Assembly: GCA_910592345.1 (NCBI GenBank)
Contig: CAJVPI010000174.1
Coordinates: forward strand, 1-46,231
Length of the DNA stretch: 46,231 bases
Direction of reading: 5' to 3'
DNA from: Paraglomus brasilianum
Taxonomy: Eukaryota
Below, piece after piece: positions 25,574-37,116 of this stretch; positions within the stretch are counted from its first letter, which is position 1, and each line of letters begins with the position of its first letter. The notes under the pieces are model-generated. The model made no database searches. It saw nothing but the letters and a program-made list of their open reading frames with translations, and was not told where the DNA came from. Position numbers and translations under genes: made by a program.

Positions 25574-26851
25574 TTGCCATCCCCATATTTCAACAGACTT
25601 TCGCAAAAATTACCCTTGGACACAGAATATAGGTATGACGGTGAGCAATATCCACAACGCTCAACGACGGACGAGTCCGTGGACTCTATGGATGGGGTGG
25701 AAAGAATATTAATGGATTCCCCAAAAGATGTGCCCGATGACGCTTATGAATCAGCAAGCACCGTGAGCGGCGATTGTCTATGTGAAACACCACGAAGTTG
25801 CGAAGAAACATTTGAAACATTTGAAACTTTACCTGAAGTGATGGTAGTTGTTTCGTCTGCGTCGTTCAGCAGCGATATGAATTGGGGATTCACCGGTTTC
25901 ACAAATGGCATTGGAAATGGCTTTGGCGAAGAAGAACTGACGCTATCGATGCGTGACGTCGAGACGCAGCCCACACGCGGTAAATGTGCCGACGACCCTG
26001 CCCAGGTTGGAAGCTGGCCTGAAAAAGATGTTGTCGTACTTATTAATGCGGTACAGAATTATGGTAAAAACTGGCAATTCATTGCCGAATATTGCTTTGG
26101 TTTACGAAAACCAGCGACTGCTATACGACGTAAATACAGACGTCTAACGAGCGACAATGTTGGTCTATGGTCGCCTGATGAAGATAGGTTGATAAATGAA
26201 GGTGCTCGACATGGTAGAGGTAATTGGGAAAAACTTGCCCTTCGTCTTCCAAATCGTACACCGGCGGACCTTGAAGATCGATGGCATCAAATTTCCACTT
26301 GTAAGCAGTATCACTGGACCCCAGAAGAAGACCATTTACTCAAACTGTTAGTGACCAAACTAGGCGAAAATTGGAAGCCAATCGCGAAGCAATTAAAAAA
26401 GGATCCACGTGTTGTGAAATGGAGATATACCTGGTCACCGACGCATAAAGGTTTAAAGTGGAGCAAAGATGAACTGATCACTCTTGTTGAAGCATACCGG
26501 ATGTATGGACCTGATTGGAGCAGAATAACACCGCTACTTCCGAGTCGTACAATAGAGGAAGTGAGAAGACACTTTGCGAACAATGTTTCGTTGGCTATGC
26601 GTACTGGTAAATGGCGAGTGGAAGAAGTGCAGCGTTTCGAGTTGGCATTTTCTAGCTATGGTGATCGATGGGATGAAATCGCAAAGGCAGTGAAGACAAG
26701 AACCCGTGAGCAATGTAAAGCATATTATAAGAATACCATAGAAAGAGCAATCCTTAGGAAATGTAAAAAGCTTAATATTCCTGCTAACGAGAGGGTAGTT
26801 GTAGGAGTGGATTTGTCTTCTGACGGATTATGGCGAAAACGTGACCGATAG
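25574..26851 (+). CDS. Myb/SANT multi-repeat DNA-binding protein (about five repeats); start uncertain, first in-frame ATG at 25688
   Basis: WPEKD..YGKNW, WSPDED..GRGNW..PNRT..DRW, WTPEED..GENW, WSKDE..YGPDW..PSRT, WRVEE..YGDRW..KTRTREQC; acidic N-terminus; no intron needed in this ORF. Confidence 0.88.
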   Translation: MPSPYFNRLSQKLPLDTEYRYDGEQYPQRSTTDESVDSMDGVERILMDSPKDVPDDAYESASTVSGDCLCETPRSCEETFETFETLPEVMVVVSSASFSSDMNWGFTGFTNGIGNGFGEEELTLSMRDVETQPTRGKCADDPAQVGSWPEKDVVVLINAVQNYGKNWQFIAEYCFGLRKPATAIRRKYRRLTSDNVGLWSPDEDRLINEGARHGRGNWEKLALRLPNRTPADLEDRWHQISTCKQYHWTPEEDHLLKLLVTKLGENWKPIAKQLKKDPRVVKWRYTWSPTHKGLKWSKDELITLVEAYRMYGPDWSRITPLLPSRTIEEVRRHFANNVSLAMRTGKWRVEEVQRFELAFSSYGDRWDEIAKAVKTRTREQCKAYYKNTIERAILRKCKKLNIPANERVVVGVDLSSDGLWRKRDR

Positions 26852-27254
26852 ATGTAAAGATATTGTACTGATTCGATCATGTAAAATACTTTGTAGATAG
26901 TAGAACTTTTCTTCTTGCTTTCTTCCTTTTTGTGATAATTTCTTGATGGTTAATACGTTTCATTTGTAAGCTTTTCTTCTTTTTTTTTTCAAATCCCCAG
27001 CAAATTTTCTTTGTAGTTAAAGGCGCATGTAATTAGCCGATCAACAAAAGTTTGTGTTTTGATAATGTTGTAATGTTTTTACGGAGAATGAATGAAGCAT
27101 GTTGCAATAATTACATATGCAAACTAGGATGGAATTTGATCATGACATTTATTATTCTTCCTCGAAAGATTATACATACAATATAAGTACAGCAGAATAT
27201 ACACTTTAAGTAGACATTACTTCCCCTAACCCGCATCTTATTACTGTTATATTA

Positions 27255-28133
27255 TTATGGGTTTTCCTTCAGGAAGAATATCGACGGCCCATTATCACGC
27301 TTCTTCCTATCGCTTCTTCCCCCGCTTGATGATGATTCTTGACTTCCCCCTGTACTCGATTTAGGGGAGTTTAATTTGGCTATTTCTTTGCGTTCTTTAG
27401 CTGATTTGCATCTCCAGTAGATGCAAACCGCACATGGGATGAATAAAATCCCAATACCAGCAAACACTGCAATTAACACAATCGTCGAGCTAGTCATTCC
27501 GCTTCCCATTGTAGTAGTTGTTGTAGTAGTAGTTGTTGTTGAGACAATATTTATTACGCCTTGCATGCCATTTTGGCAATGAGAATCAACGTTACAATAG
27601 AAAAATATCTAGAATTCAAATAGGGAAAATACGACAATGAGGAGGTGGGAGAGTTAGTGATTGGGATGCAGTGCGCCGCTAATGATTATTGCACATCCTC
27701 TCTGTACATTAAATTTATAGCTACCTTTCCCGACGTTTGATTGCGGATGCTTAGGGATTCTGTGTGATTAGAAGATAAATCTCCAGCAGGGAAGGGACCG
27801 TAGTTAACTATATATGAATAAAAATCCCATTATATTATTGTTCCTTGTTCTCGAAAACGTCATTTTATTGGACGTTATCATAACGAACTTACATCCACCA
27901 GCCAATTGATTACAAGAGTCTTCTTTGTCTGCTTGAGTGACAGAGTGGAGCCCTTTTGTTGAATTACTCCATATCCATTGAACAATATCGCCCGTCTGAA
28001 CCGAAACAGTGTTCGGTACAAAGCGGTTGCCCCCATCCCCAACACGAATAGTTATGGTTTCCGAAAGTACCACAGTAAAGAGCGTATGTAGGGTGTAAAG
28101 AATGATTAGTGTTGGTTTTAAGGCAAACATCAT
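27255..28133 (-). CDS. Single-pass membrane cupredoxin (blue-copper-like) protein
   Basis: Exons 28133-27893, 27807-27725, 27608-27255. Signal peptide, IRVG..F.PNTV....GDIVQW...HSVTQ, FFYCNVDSHCQNGMQGVI, Thr-rich stalk, TM helix IVLIAVFAGIGILFIPCAVCIYW, basic Ser-rich tail. Confidence 0.85.
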
Positions 28134-31100
28134 AGAGCGGTATGTTTAGGGATGGTGAGAAGGAGGAGGGGAGAGGGGTTTTATATAAAGTAAATTTCAT
28201 TTTTCCTTGAATGTAGGAAACGAAGGTGTAAGCGTTTTTGTAGCACAGCTTCTAGAATTATTGACTGTTTTCCTAATTTGAGCGCATTCCGCATATCTGT
28301 GCCCAAATATGGTTTTCATTTGTTTATCGATATAGAGGATATGCTGTATAATAAAAATAATAAAATGCCACTACGAGTATGTTTGCATTGTTTGGTGTGA
28401 CGAATATACAAGAATAAATTTTAATGGTTAGGGGTTTTTTATTTGTAGTAGTAGCGAGAACAAACAATTGCGGAAGCGAGATGCTTACGAAATAGGACTT
28501 TAAACAGGACTTTGATTGCCCTTGTCTACCAAATTGAAAGGCAACAAACCGACTTTACCCCGCTTTGGTCTGTAGAAACCTTGATCGACGTATTTGGTTT
28601 TATTACCAAATAACTAAGACATGGTACTACTCGATCATTATTTACCTCATTGTCACACAAAAGTAATACAGGCTGAATGATGCTGCTACATAAGCAGTCA
28701 TACTTGGAAGTTTAAGTTTATCCGTATTCGTATTAGCATTCATTTTCAATAAAGAATTGCTTGCCAACTATCGAGTTTCAAAAAAGTTGCGCGACATTTA
28801 ATCAAGAAACAAAGCGTCGGATTTCTTGGTTTGTCGATAATATCGAACGTTTTATATCGATATATGCATAGCAACAACAAGCTGTTACAGTTACATGATC
28901 CATTAATAGTAAACCTGGGGGAATTCTGACACTTCGTGATTTGCTAAAAAGCCAATAACATGACATCGAGGAAAGCATACGATCAAAAGTGTATATATCA
29001 TTTGTTGTTATTGTTATCAAGGTCAAACTTTTATGTAAATACTAACAGATAATTTGTGTGGTTTGAGGCTGCGATTTGCTGACGAGTGCAAATACCATAT
29101 TTGTGAGATAACTCCGCTCTCCACGGCCATGCACATAATTTACTCGTTCGCTTAATGTTAGATATGTTCCACTACTTGTGAACCAAGACGGTACTCGAGC
29201 ATTGTAATCGTACGATAATTTGACCCGTATCGGGCTTTGCATCATGCTGCCCGAGATGCTGTTGAACACGGACAGATTGCGATAATGTATTTGTCAGATG
29301 TGGAACAAGCTGAAGGGAGATTGCATTATAAAGTTATGTTCAACGTTTTGATGAACGTCTTAAAAGTAAGCACATGTCAACCCACACTAGATAATAGGCT
29401 ATTGTTTATGGTCTATTAATAATCAATATTCGTTAATAGAGTCTTTTAATTTGGTAATAGTCTTTTTGCAATAATAGAAATAAAGTTGCTTTAAATTTGT
29501 TTAAGAATTTGAAATTTAATGTTTGTTTTTATTTCCAAAACTTTCATTGCATGGCTTTGATCTTAATAGCCATAAAGTTTAAATCTTGGTCTTGCATAAG
29601 CACACATTATCTTAAAACTCTGCAAATCGGTACTGTTATTTTCATCGTAAAAAATTACTCATGTTTTCAAATTTCGTTTGCTAAAAACTATTCATCATCC
29701 TGTAAAACCATTAATATGACAATACTTTTTTTTTACGCCATGGATAATATTAATAATAATATTATAATAATATACAGAAACATCAACAAGACTAATTCAT
29801 AAAGATGGAATATAAAGACGGTTGACCGAATACTTCAAATTACCACAGGTAGTTGTTCTTGTAAATGTATCATAACTGAGAAGATGTCGACGAGACAAAG
29901 ATTTAAGTTCATCATGTACGACATTTTCGGAATGTATGCGCGTGTGCCGGCTTATACTTTATTTATAAATATGGCGTCAACATTAATTCTCGTCAAAGTC
30001 AAACCTCTGAGAATGAAAAATTAACTGACGACTGGCGTATCGTATGCATGCACCATACCTTGCCCTTGAGGTTGACCAAAGCTTTTATATTTCTATAAAT
30101 CGTTCTAGAGCATCTAGTTTCTTTGGTAATAAGATACACGTGTTTACAAAATATAAAGTTTTTTGTAAATACTGATTGTTTGTTTTTGGAGAAAAGCTTG
30201 AAAGATGACAAAAGCAAGGAGGAAAAGAACAGTTTAGCAAATTATTATTGTTTCCAGAATTTTACGTTATGTATAATTATTTTTCCTTTCGTCTTATGGA
30301 TAACATAACTGTCGTTTTACCTGAAATAAAGTTCAACTCTAGTTATCGTTTAAATCTTTCTTGATCCAATCTAAGCATCTTTCCTTGTGAAATTCAAGAA
30401 TTGAATATGAACAACTGATTTACTACTAACATGAGGAATACTGGCGCTGCTAACAGAAATGCTTTTTTAAAATCGCTGATCATATGGTTTTAGTGTTTCT
30501 CTCAATCATGACTATCGACTCCGTAAATCGTTTCGAATTTTTCTGCGGCAGTCGACAGATTTACATATATCAAGGCAAACGTTTCCTCTCGTAGTTTTAT
30601 CTTATCACGTGATCGGGATGTCTTGTACTACTAACAACCCCGAGAATCTCTTGAACAACACATCCTCTAAATCCCTCCATATCACACACTTTTTGAGTCT
30701 ATCCCAAGCAAAAATTGAAAAGCTCAGATTGACACCTAGAGAAAATCATTATATGACGTAATATCACATACTCTTGTCAAAATTTGGGGCATGCCACAAC
30801 AAAACCAGACAAAGTGAACATTCTATAAATGAGGGGCTGATTATGATTATGATGTGGCTGTAAAATTGACCAGTATGACTGATGACGTTTTGAAAAGTAA
30901 TAATGGTGCTCATTCATAACTCATAAACTTGTTAATTTTAATGTTCACTTTATCATACCAGAATGTGATTAATATAAACCATAACAGGATTAATATATAG
31001 GATTCTCTACATAAAAAATATTAATTTACATTAAATCCACCATGGAACCCAAGAATTACATCACCATTAGAAGTATTTTAAAAAAAGCTCAAGGAGAAAA

Positions 31101-31164
31101 ATTGCCCCTTATGTTTTTATCTAGATCAAGAAAAAATCACTAATTAAATTTACCAATCTTTAAA

Positions 31165-31745
31165 TTACTTTCTTAATTTCAATCAAGGTCATCTCTTATT
31201 TTCTTTAACTTCAATTTGAGCAATGTGTTGGGTTTGTTGTTTGCTTAAGAATTCAACATCATTTTCAAGTCTTTGAATTTTATCTAATAATTCTTGTTTC
31301 TATTTCTGCTTATTATGCCAATCCTTTGAAATTTCCAAAGCTTCCAGATGATAACCAATTTCCTCCTTGGCAACAGCTAATTGCTGCTTCAAGTCTTTAT
31401 TTTGCTGTTCTAATCTACCTACATAACTCTGTGCCATTATCTCTATTATAGTTGGAGTTTTGACTGGTTCATCTTTTCTTAAATCACAGAAGCAATTTAC
31501 CCTGTTTCTCATAGCTCAACCACAATCATTACAGTGTTAAGTGTGGCAAGGTGCCATTATCAAGATCTCCTTTACATTCAACACAAATATAGGCAATATC
31601 ATTATAGCCACTAGTTTTGGTATTGTAGGCTACCAATTCATGAGTGGCAATTGAGTTTTATTACTCTCCAAAGAACAGAAATTACAGATATTACAGTGCC
31701 AACTGTCTCCTCTTCCCAACTGACTGATCTGATATTCTAATTTCA
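31165..31745 (-). pseudogene. Decayed intronless Cys-rich/coiled-coil ORF with in-frame TGA codons (endobacterial MRE-like)
   Basis: WHCNICNFC...(fs)...YICVECKGD...(fs)HCNDCG(TGA)AMRNRVNCFCDLRKDEP...DWHNKQK(TAG)KQELLDKIQRLENDVEFLSKQQTQHIAQIEVKENKR(TGA)P(TGA)LKLRK(TAA at 31167-31165). Confidence 0.65.
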
Positions 31746-31749
31746 TGTT

Positions 31750-32400
31750 ACTTGCTCTTTTGTAAGATATAAGCATTCATTCGATAATCGCAGAATCAAA
31801 TGTTCTTGTTCCAAAGCAGAGGAACGGCCATCCAAAGCAATCTTCACTACAGCTGCATCACTGTTATAATCAACTGCATACACTAGTCCTGACGAGCCTT
31901 GGCCGAGAAATCTCAGAATCATTCCAGTTGAGTTCAGGTTTGGCATATTAAGATCGAGCAATACTGATTCAATATCAAGGATATTGAAAAACCTTCCGTG
32001 AACGTAGTTGAATATTCTGAATATTGCCCGTTATTCCTATCATAGACCATGACATAAAAGTTAGATGCATCAGAGAAATTGGGAAGAATCGACGTAATGG
32101 TTGTTGTTGGGCGAGAATCTGAATGTAGTCGATCAGCTGACCCTTGTCTTCGTTGCCAAGGTTCGAAGTTTCGCTTTTTCGTTGCTTCAACTCTAGGACT
32201 GTTCGGACAAACATTGGAATAAAGGCGCCATCAGATATATTTTGGGGATTGAATATGCTGATGTCTGGCTTGAGCCCGTTGAGGTACGGATTGTTGCGAG
32301 TGTCTACTGCACGTACTTTCCATGTTTGGTACAAGGTCATTGAACCCATTTTGCATTGCCGCGTGGCCATGCACAAATATGATCACCGCGTTTTTGATGT
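31750..32400 (-). pseudogene. Frameshifted, truncated PD-(D/E)xK nuclease-like plus kinase gene (Crinkler-type C-terminal module)
   Basis: DTRNNPYLNGLKPDISIF...VLELKQRK...GQLIDYIQILAQQQPLRRFF, frameshifts, then kinase N-lobe FLGQGSSGLVYAV...VVKIA...LEQEHLILR; no catalytic lobe follows. Confidence 0.6.
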
Positions 32401-33135
32401 TCGGTTTGCAGGTGAGACCTTGATTTGGGTTCATTGAAAATATGCATAAATACCAGAGAAGTGGGGAGAGGGGGTGCGGAAAGCCGAATTTTTGATACTC
32501 TATATGCACATTATTTCCATAGATTTCTCGATTAGGGCTCTTATGCGCACATTATTCTTTAGTGACACCCAACAGAAATGAGTGTGGGTAACATAGTGAT
32601 TTTAATACGACGCGATAAAAGAGAATTTATATAACATTTTATAGAAGCAATCATGTAACATTACGGTACAGTGACATTAATATGCAATATGCTATCTTTT
32701 TTTTTTTCATTGTCCGGACGGTCAATCTCTTTTGTCTTAATGACTCAAGTACGAGACGATGACCTTGAAAAAATTTGAAGATTTGCCCCCAAATTAACCT
32801 ATAGATTGATTGATAAAATAATCATTAGTAATGACCGTCTATAGCCGTTTTCTGAACGTCTTTATTATGATTCTTTCTTTACCTGCATATATTTACTGAA
32901 TCTTCTATACGTGATTTTTGTTTTAAATTTTTGTTTTATACGCAAAACGACTCTTAAAAAAAATACCATAATTAGCGATTTATAGCTGTCAGTTTATACA
33001 AAAGACAGTCATACTTAAATGAACGAAAATACTTCGCATAGGTTGCATATCGATTGAAGACACTCCAGATCCAATAAATGTTAGCCCTGAATATGGAAAT
33101 CCTATCCCATAGCTTTCTTGTAACTTATAAATTAT

Positions 33136-35330
33136 TTAAGCATACCACACCGGTTGGAGATTGTTATAATGCGTTTGCTGGTACTGTTGTGCGTGGTCTG
33201 ATAACTGATGTGAAGACAATGTATTGTGCTGGATATCTGGGATAGATTGTGGCGAACACGTCTGTGAGTATTGTTGCGAATAATTTAGCGACGATTGGCG
33301 TTGCATTGAAGTGGTAATATTAAGTTCTTCTGGTGGAAGCGTAAGACATAAACGTGATGACGGAATACGTTGGCGCATCGAAGTGTGATACAGCGCCCAA
33401 TTGTACGGATCTGCAAAGGTATTATTAAGTATATTCTTTCACATTAGTAAAATAAGAATAAATTTGATAAGACACGAACCTGAGGTAACGAATGCCATCT
33501 GTGGACTTCCATTTGAAACTGAAGCAGCAGCATTTGACGGAATAACGAATCGAACCCCGTTGTCTACTTCATCACTCCCCGATTTGACTTCGCTCGTTGT
33601 ATAATCGACATTCCGAGTAGACTCGACAAATCGTAAACCTCTCATATTCTGGTCAATCGATGTCAGTTGAACCTCCGAATCTTCGTTCCCAATCAATTCA
33701 TTCGAATGTGTTTCGGTAGCCTCTTTCACAGACCTTTCGAAGTGAAACGCGCTATTGCAACTGTCGAAGGAACTTGCATCACTCACAGTGGATTCTTTAT
33801 CCATAATTCTAGATGAATAATTTGTGAGTATGGATTCATCCATTTTCGTAGATACCAACAGTTGCCGTTGAACCCTAGTTTCTTCACACATTGGAGATTT
33901 CTCTGGATGTGCCGTATACTCGAGTGCCGAAGTAACTCTGCGCTCTTGCTCTTGTTGTATTAGCGTGTCATTATGATTATTAATCGATTTGCTCTGTGGT
34001 ATCGATTCTGATGTTGATTGATTCTTCTTTCCAGGACGTGACGGTAGATTCTTAACATTGATGACGCAACTAGGATAATTAACCGAAAAGTCATTGGGCG
34101 ATGGTGAAGACACAAACCCATTCTCGGCTGGTTCGGGGGTTATTTTAGCGATATCACATATTTCGTAATAGACGCGTTGCAACACCGCAAGGACTTTGTC
34201 TGTGCACTCTTTACTCGAACATGCTACAGAGGCAACACGTGCAGCCATTGACATGGTTGCATTGACACGCTTTTCAGTTTCACGTGCTTTTGCTTTTTTT
34301 CTATTTGGCGATGAATATGCAGATGTCAAATTTGAATAAAACCCATGTGAAAACAACATAGCCACTTTGGAAAAAAAAAAATTTCCGCCGCGTATAATCG
34401 ATATATCGGTAAATAGCGGAATAAAGCTTGCCACATTTCAAACGCAAAGCCTCTCTCTTCACCAAATACGCGTGCTTGAAATACCAAAAATCTTTTTGAT
34501 ATTAAAAAAGACTGACCTCTCATCGGACAACCTGTTGTAGAAACGTCTTTCGTCCCATGGCTGGTCAGGAAACTCACGCTGAATAGCGGTCCTTATCTCA
34601 TTAGTACGCACGCCTAAATTGACATAATAGGCGATACGCTCCAGCATGCTGGGTGGCCACGGTCTCGGCATTAGCTCTGGTGGTATCAGCTCGTGATTGT
34701 GTTCGCAATGCTGCGGATTTTGTGATTGGCGAAATTCCCACTGCTTATCAACATCGTTTTGAAATAAAATAATACGCCACTTGCAATCGCATCGAATAGA
34801 TGCACGCTTGCGTTTTATGGGTTTATTGCCCTTTCGCGAGTCTGGGATGCCTTCACGCGAGCAGTACAAGTATATGTTCTAGTCAAAGTGAAACCATGTA
34901 ATGGTATTTGTAATACAAATTCATTTAGGATTGTTACTCATGGATGTTGAAATTATTTGTGCCTGGTTGATGCTTTTCAATACATACAGATTCTCCATAA
35001 ATTAAGCAATCGGACTAACCTTGCTTGAACTTGTTTCTTGTTTAAGAGTAAACCCAAAATCTTTAGCTAGAGCTCGACACGTAGCTGAAGCATCTTTTAC
35101 CGAAGGGAACTTTAATGGAATTATCTTTCCAAAAAAGTGCTTCATCTGTTAGATAGAATGATATTTTATACGTTTCCGCAAACATTCATTAGCAACGATA
35201 TAAACAAACATAGCTTTTTGGTAAATCAATAGGAGAAATTACGAACGCGGCTTTCTGGTATTCTACGAATAGAGCTGGGAATAAGTCGATAGTCAAAAGG
35301 CGCGATTTGAGGGGCTAGTGGCATCGACAT
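33136..35330 (-). CDS. FAR1/WRKY-like zinc-finger protein (MULE-derived DNA-binding domain), putative transcription factor
   Basis: Five exons join in frame. LAKDFGFTLKQETSSSKNIYLYCSREG...SIRCDCKWRI...WEF...HNHEL, then WDERRFYNRLSDER and a long Ser/Gln-rich tail; no DDE domain seen. Start codon less certain. Confidence 0.8.
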
Positions 35331-37116
35331 GCTTGTTGATAAACTTCAATGAGGAAGTTTAGTAGTGATGACGGGGGAAAGGAAAGTAGAGACTTCCGTC
35401 GTTATTGTTTCCCGAACAAATGTCGATAAAGGCGCAAGATGACCACCAGCGGGTTCTATCGAATAAATAAATATTTTGTGCTACGATGGCCGCTGCAACT
35501 CTAAGAGATTGACATCTGTCATATAAAATAGATTGCGTAATCTTTTTAATGCCCACGATTTTTTGTAGATCTGTCAGAGAAGGAAATTGTTGCGACGATT
35601 AAACTGTCTCTATGTAGACGCACTTGTTGTAGCTTTAGATGTAATCAACGTAGCATGGATGCTAGATCCTTATTTGGAATCAGACTCGGCTTTGTGAAAA
35701 GAGCTTACGATGGGAATTCTCCCTTTGCCTGAAAACGTGGTAGCAGTTTATGCGGACATGTTTAGATAGAAACTAGTAGTCTAAGGCTCGATTGTATCAT
35801 CGCAATAATAGTTGCACCAATCATATCAAGAATGGTCTTCTACAGCGGGAAAACATGGGGTGACTATTCCAAAAGAGTAGCCGTTTGTCATGCCAATTTT
35901 AATACGTGTTCTAAACTAAATGCAGCTTACCGTTTAACACGTGATTTAGAATATCACTTCCTGTTATGCGAATGTTGTATAACTAAGTCAGGCATTATAA
36001 AATGCCATCAGTTTTAATGCTGGTATTACCAACATTACCGACATTACCATTATATATGTATTGCAATTCATAATTGATTACTTGAACAAAACAAGACGAA
36101 TATATTTTAATATAGAAACCGTGCCTGTGTGTGTGAGAGAGTTGGCGGTTTAAATATCCCATGAAAGTCGACTGATGAACACGATGGATGAGTAGACAGC
36201 AAGCTAAAGGCATTCTCTAAAAATAGCTGAACGGTCTGAATTTATTCATCGTCAGTTTACCTAGTTCTTGCACCTGATGCATATATGAACGTCAACGGTT
36301 TTAGGTTGAAATGGTCCACTTTTATTGACAGCTGAAGGATTGACGATACAAGGCTGCATATCTCTCTTTACTGGTGGTATGATATTGCATGTGATGCTGT
36401 CACACAGAATGTGTGTATTAACAATAACAATAATAAACTATTGTCGTTAAGGTCAAAGTAATGTGAAAGATAGGATATGGTTAGCGTTGACGGGATGAGC
36501 ATGAGCCCGCTTTATATTATGTTTTTTTTGTTGTCCTTTTATTACTTCTAGAAGAAACAAGCGAATGTCAGGCGAATTACGGATTGTTCCGGATGAACCA
36601 ATCGCCTTCAGCAATTATAAGTGAATTTATAATAACAGTTAATTATACTCTCATTTAGCATTGAATTATTCATTTTTCACTTATCTCTGATATCTCATGA
36701 TGTCATATGTTAGTGAAAAGGGCGGTGATTATCCAAGACAATACTAAGCAATCATAATCGTAAGTGTGTTGTGTCACAAATCTGGAGGTTTTGGTTGGCT
36801 GTTGGTTCTGATAATATTAACGTTAGTATTATGTATTATGTATGCAATTCCATTGTCTTGTACTATCATTTTGGTATTACTATTGTCAGCAATTCCCATT
36901 ATTCTAACACGAATACCATTATTCCCATTATTCTAATGCTCATGAACAATGCCGAGGTCGAGTCGAACAATGTAATGAATGAACGTCCCATTGTCATCAT
37001 AGGAATGATAAGATGGTGCTCAACCATAAATATACCTCGCAATCAAGACCGAACGATACTAAACAAAAGATCAGAAACTCAAGACACTCTTGTTACACAC
37101 CAAATCATCTGTCAAA

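Noticed and set aside
27511..27540. GTA/GTT trinucleotide run
   Set aside because: It encodes the poly-Thr stalk of the cupredoxin gene.
28890..30480. Fragmentary frames such as HHAARDAVEHGQIA and Lys-rich minus-strand pieces
   Set aside because: Multiple stops and frameshifts; family cannot be supported.
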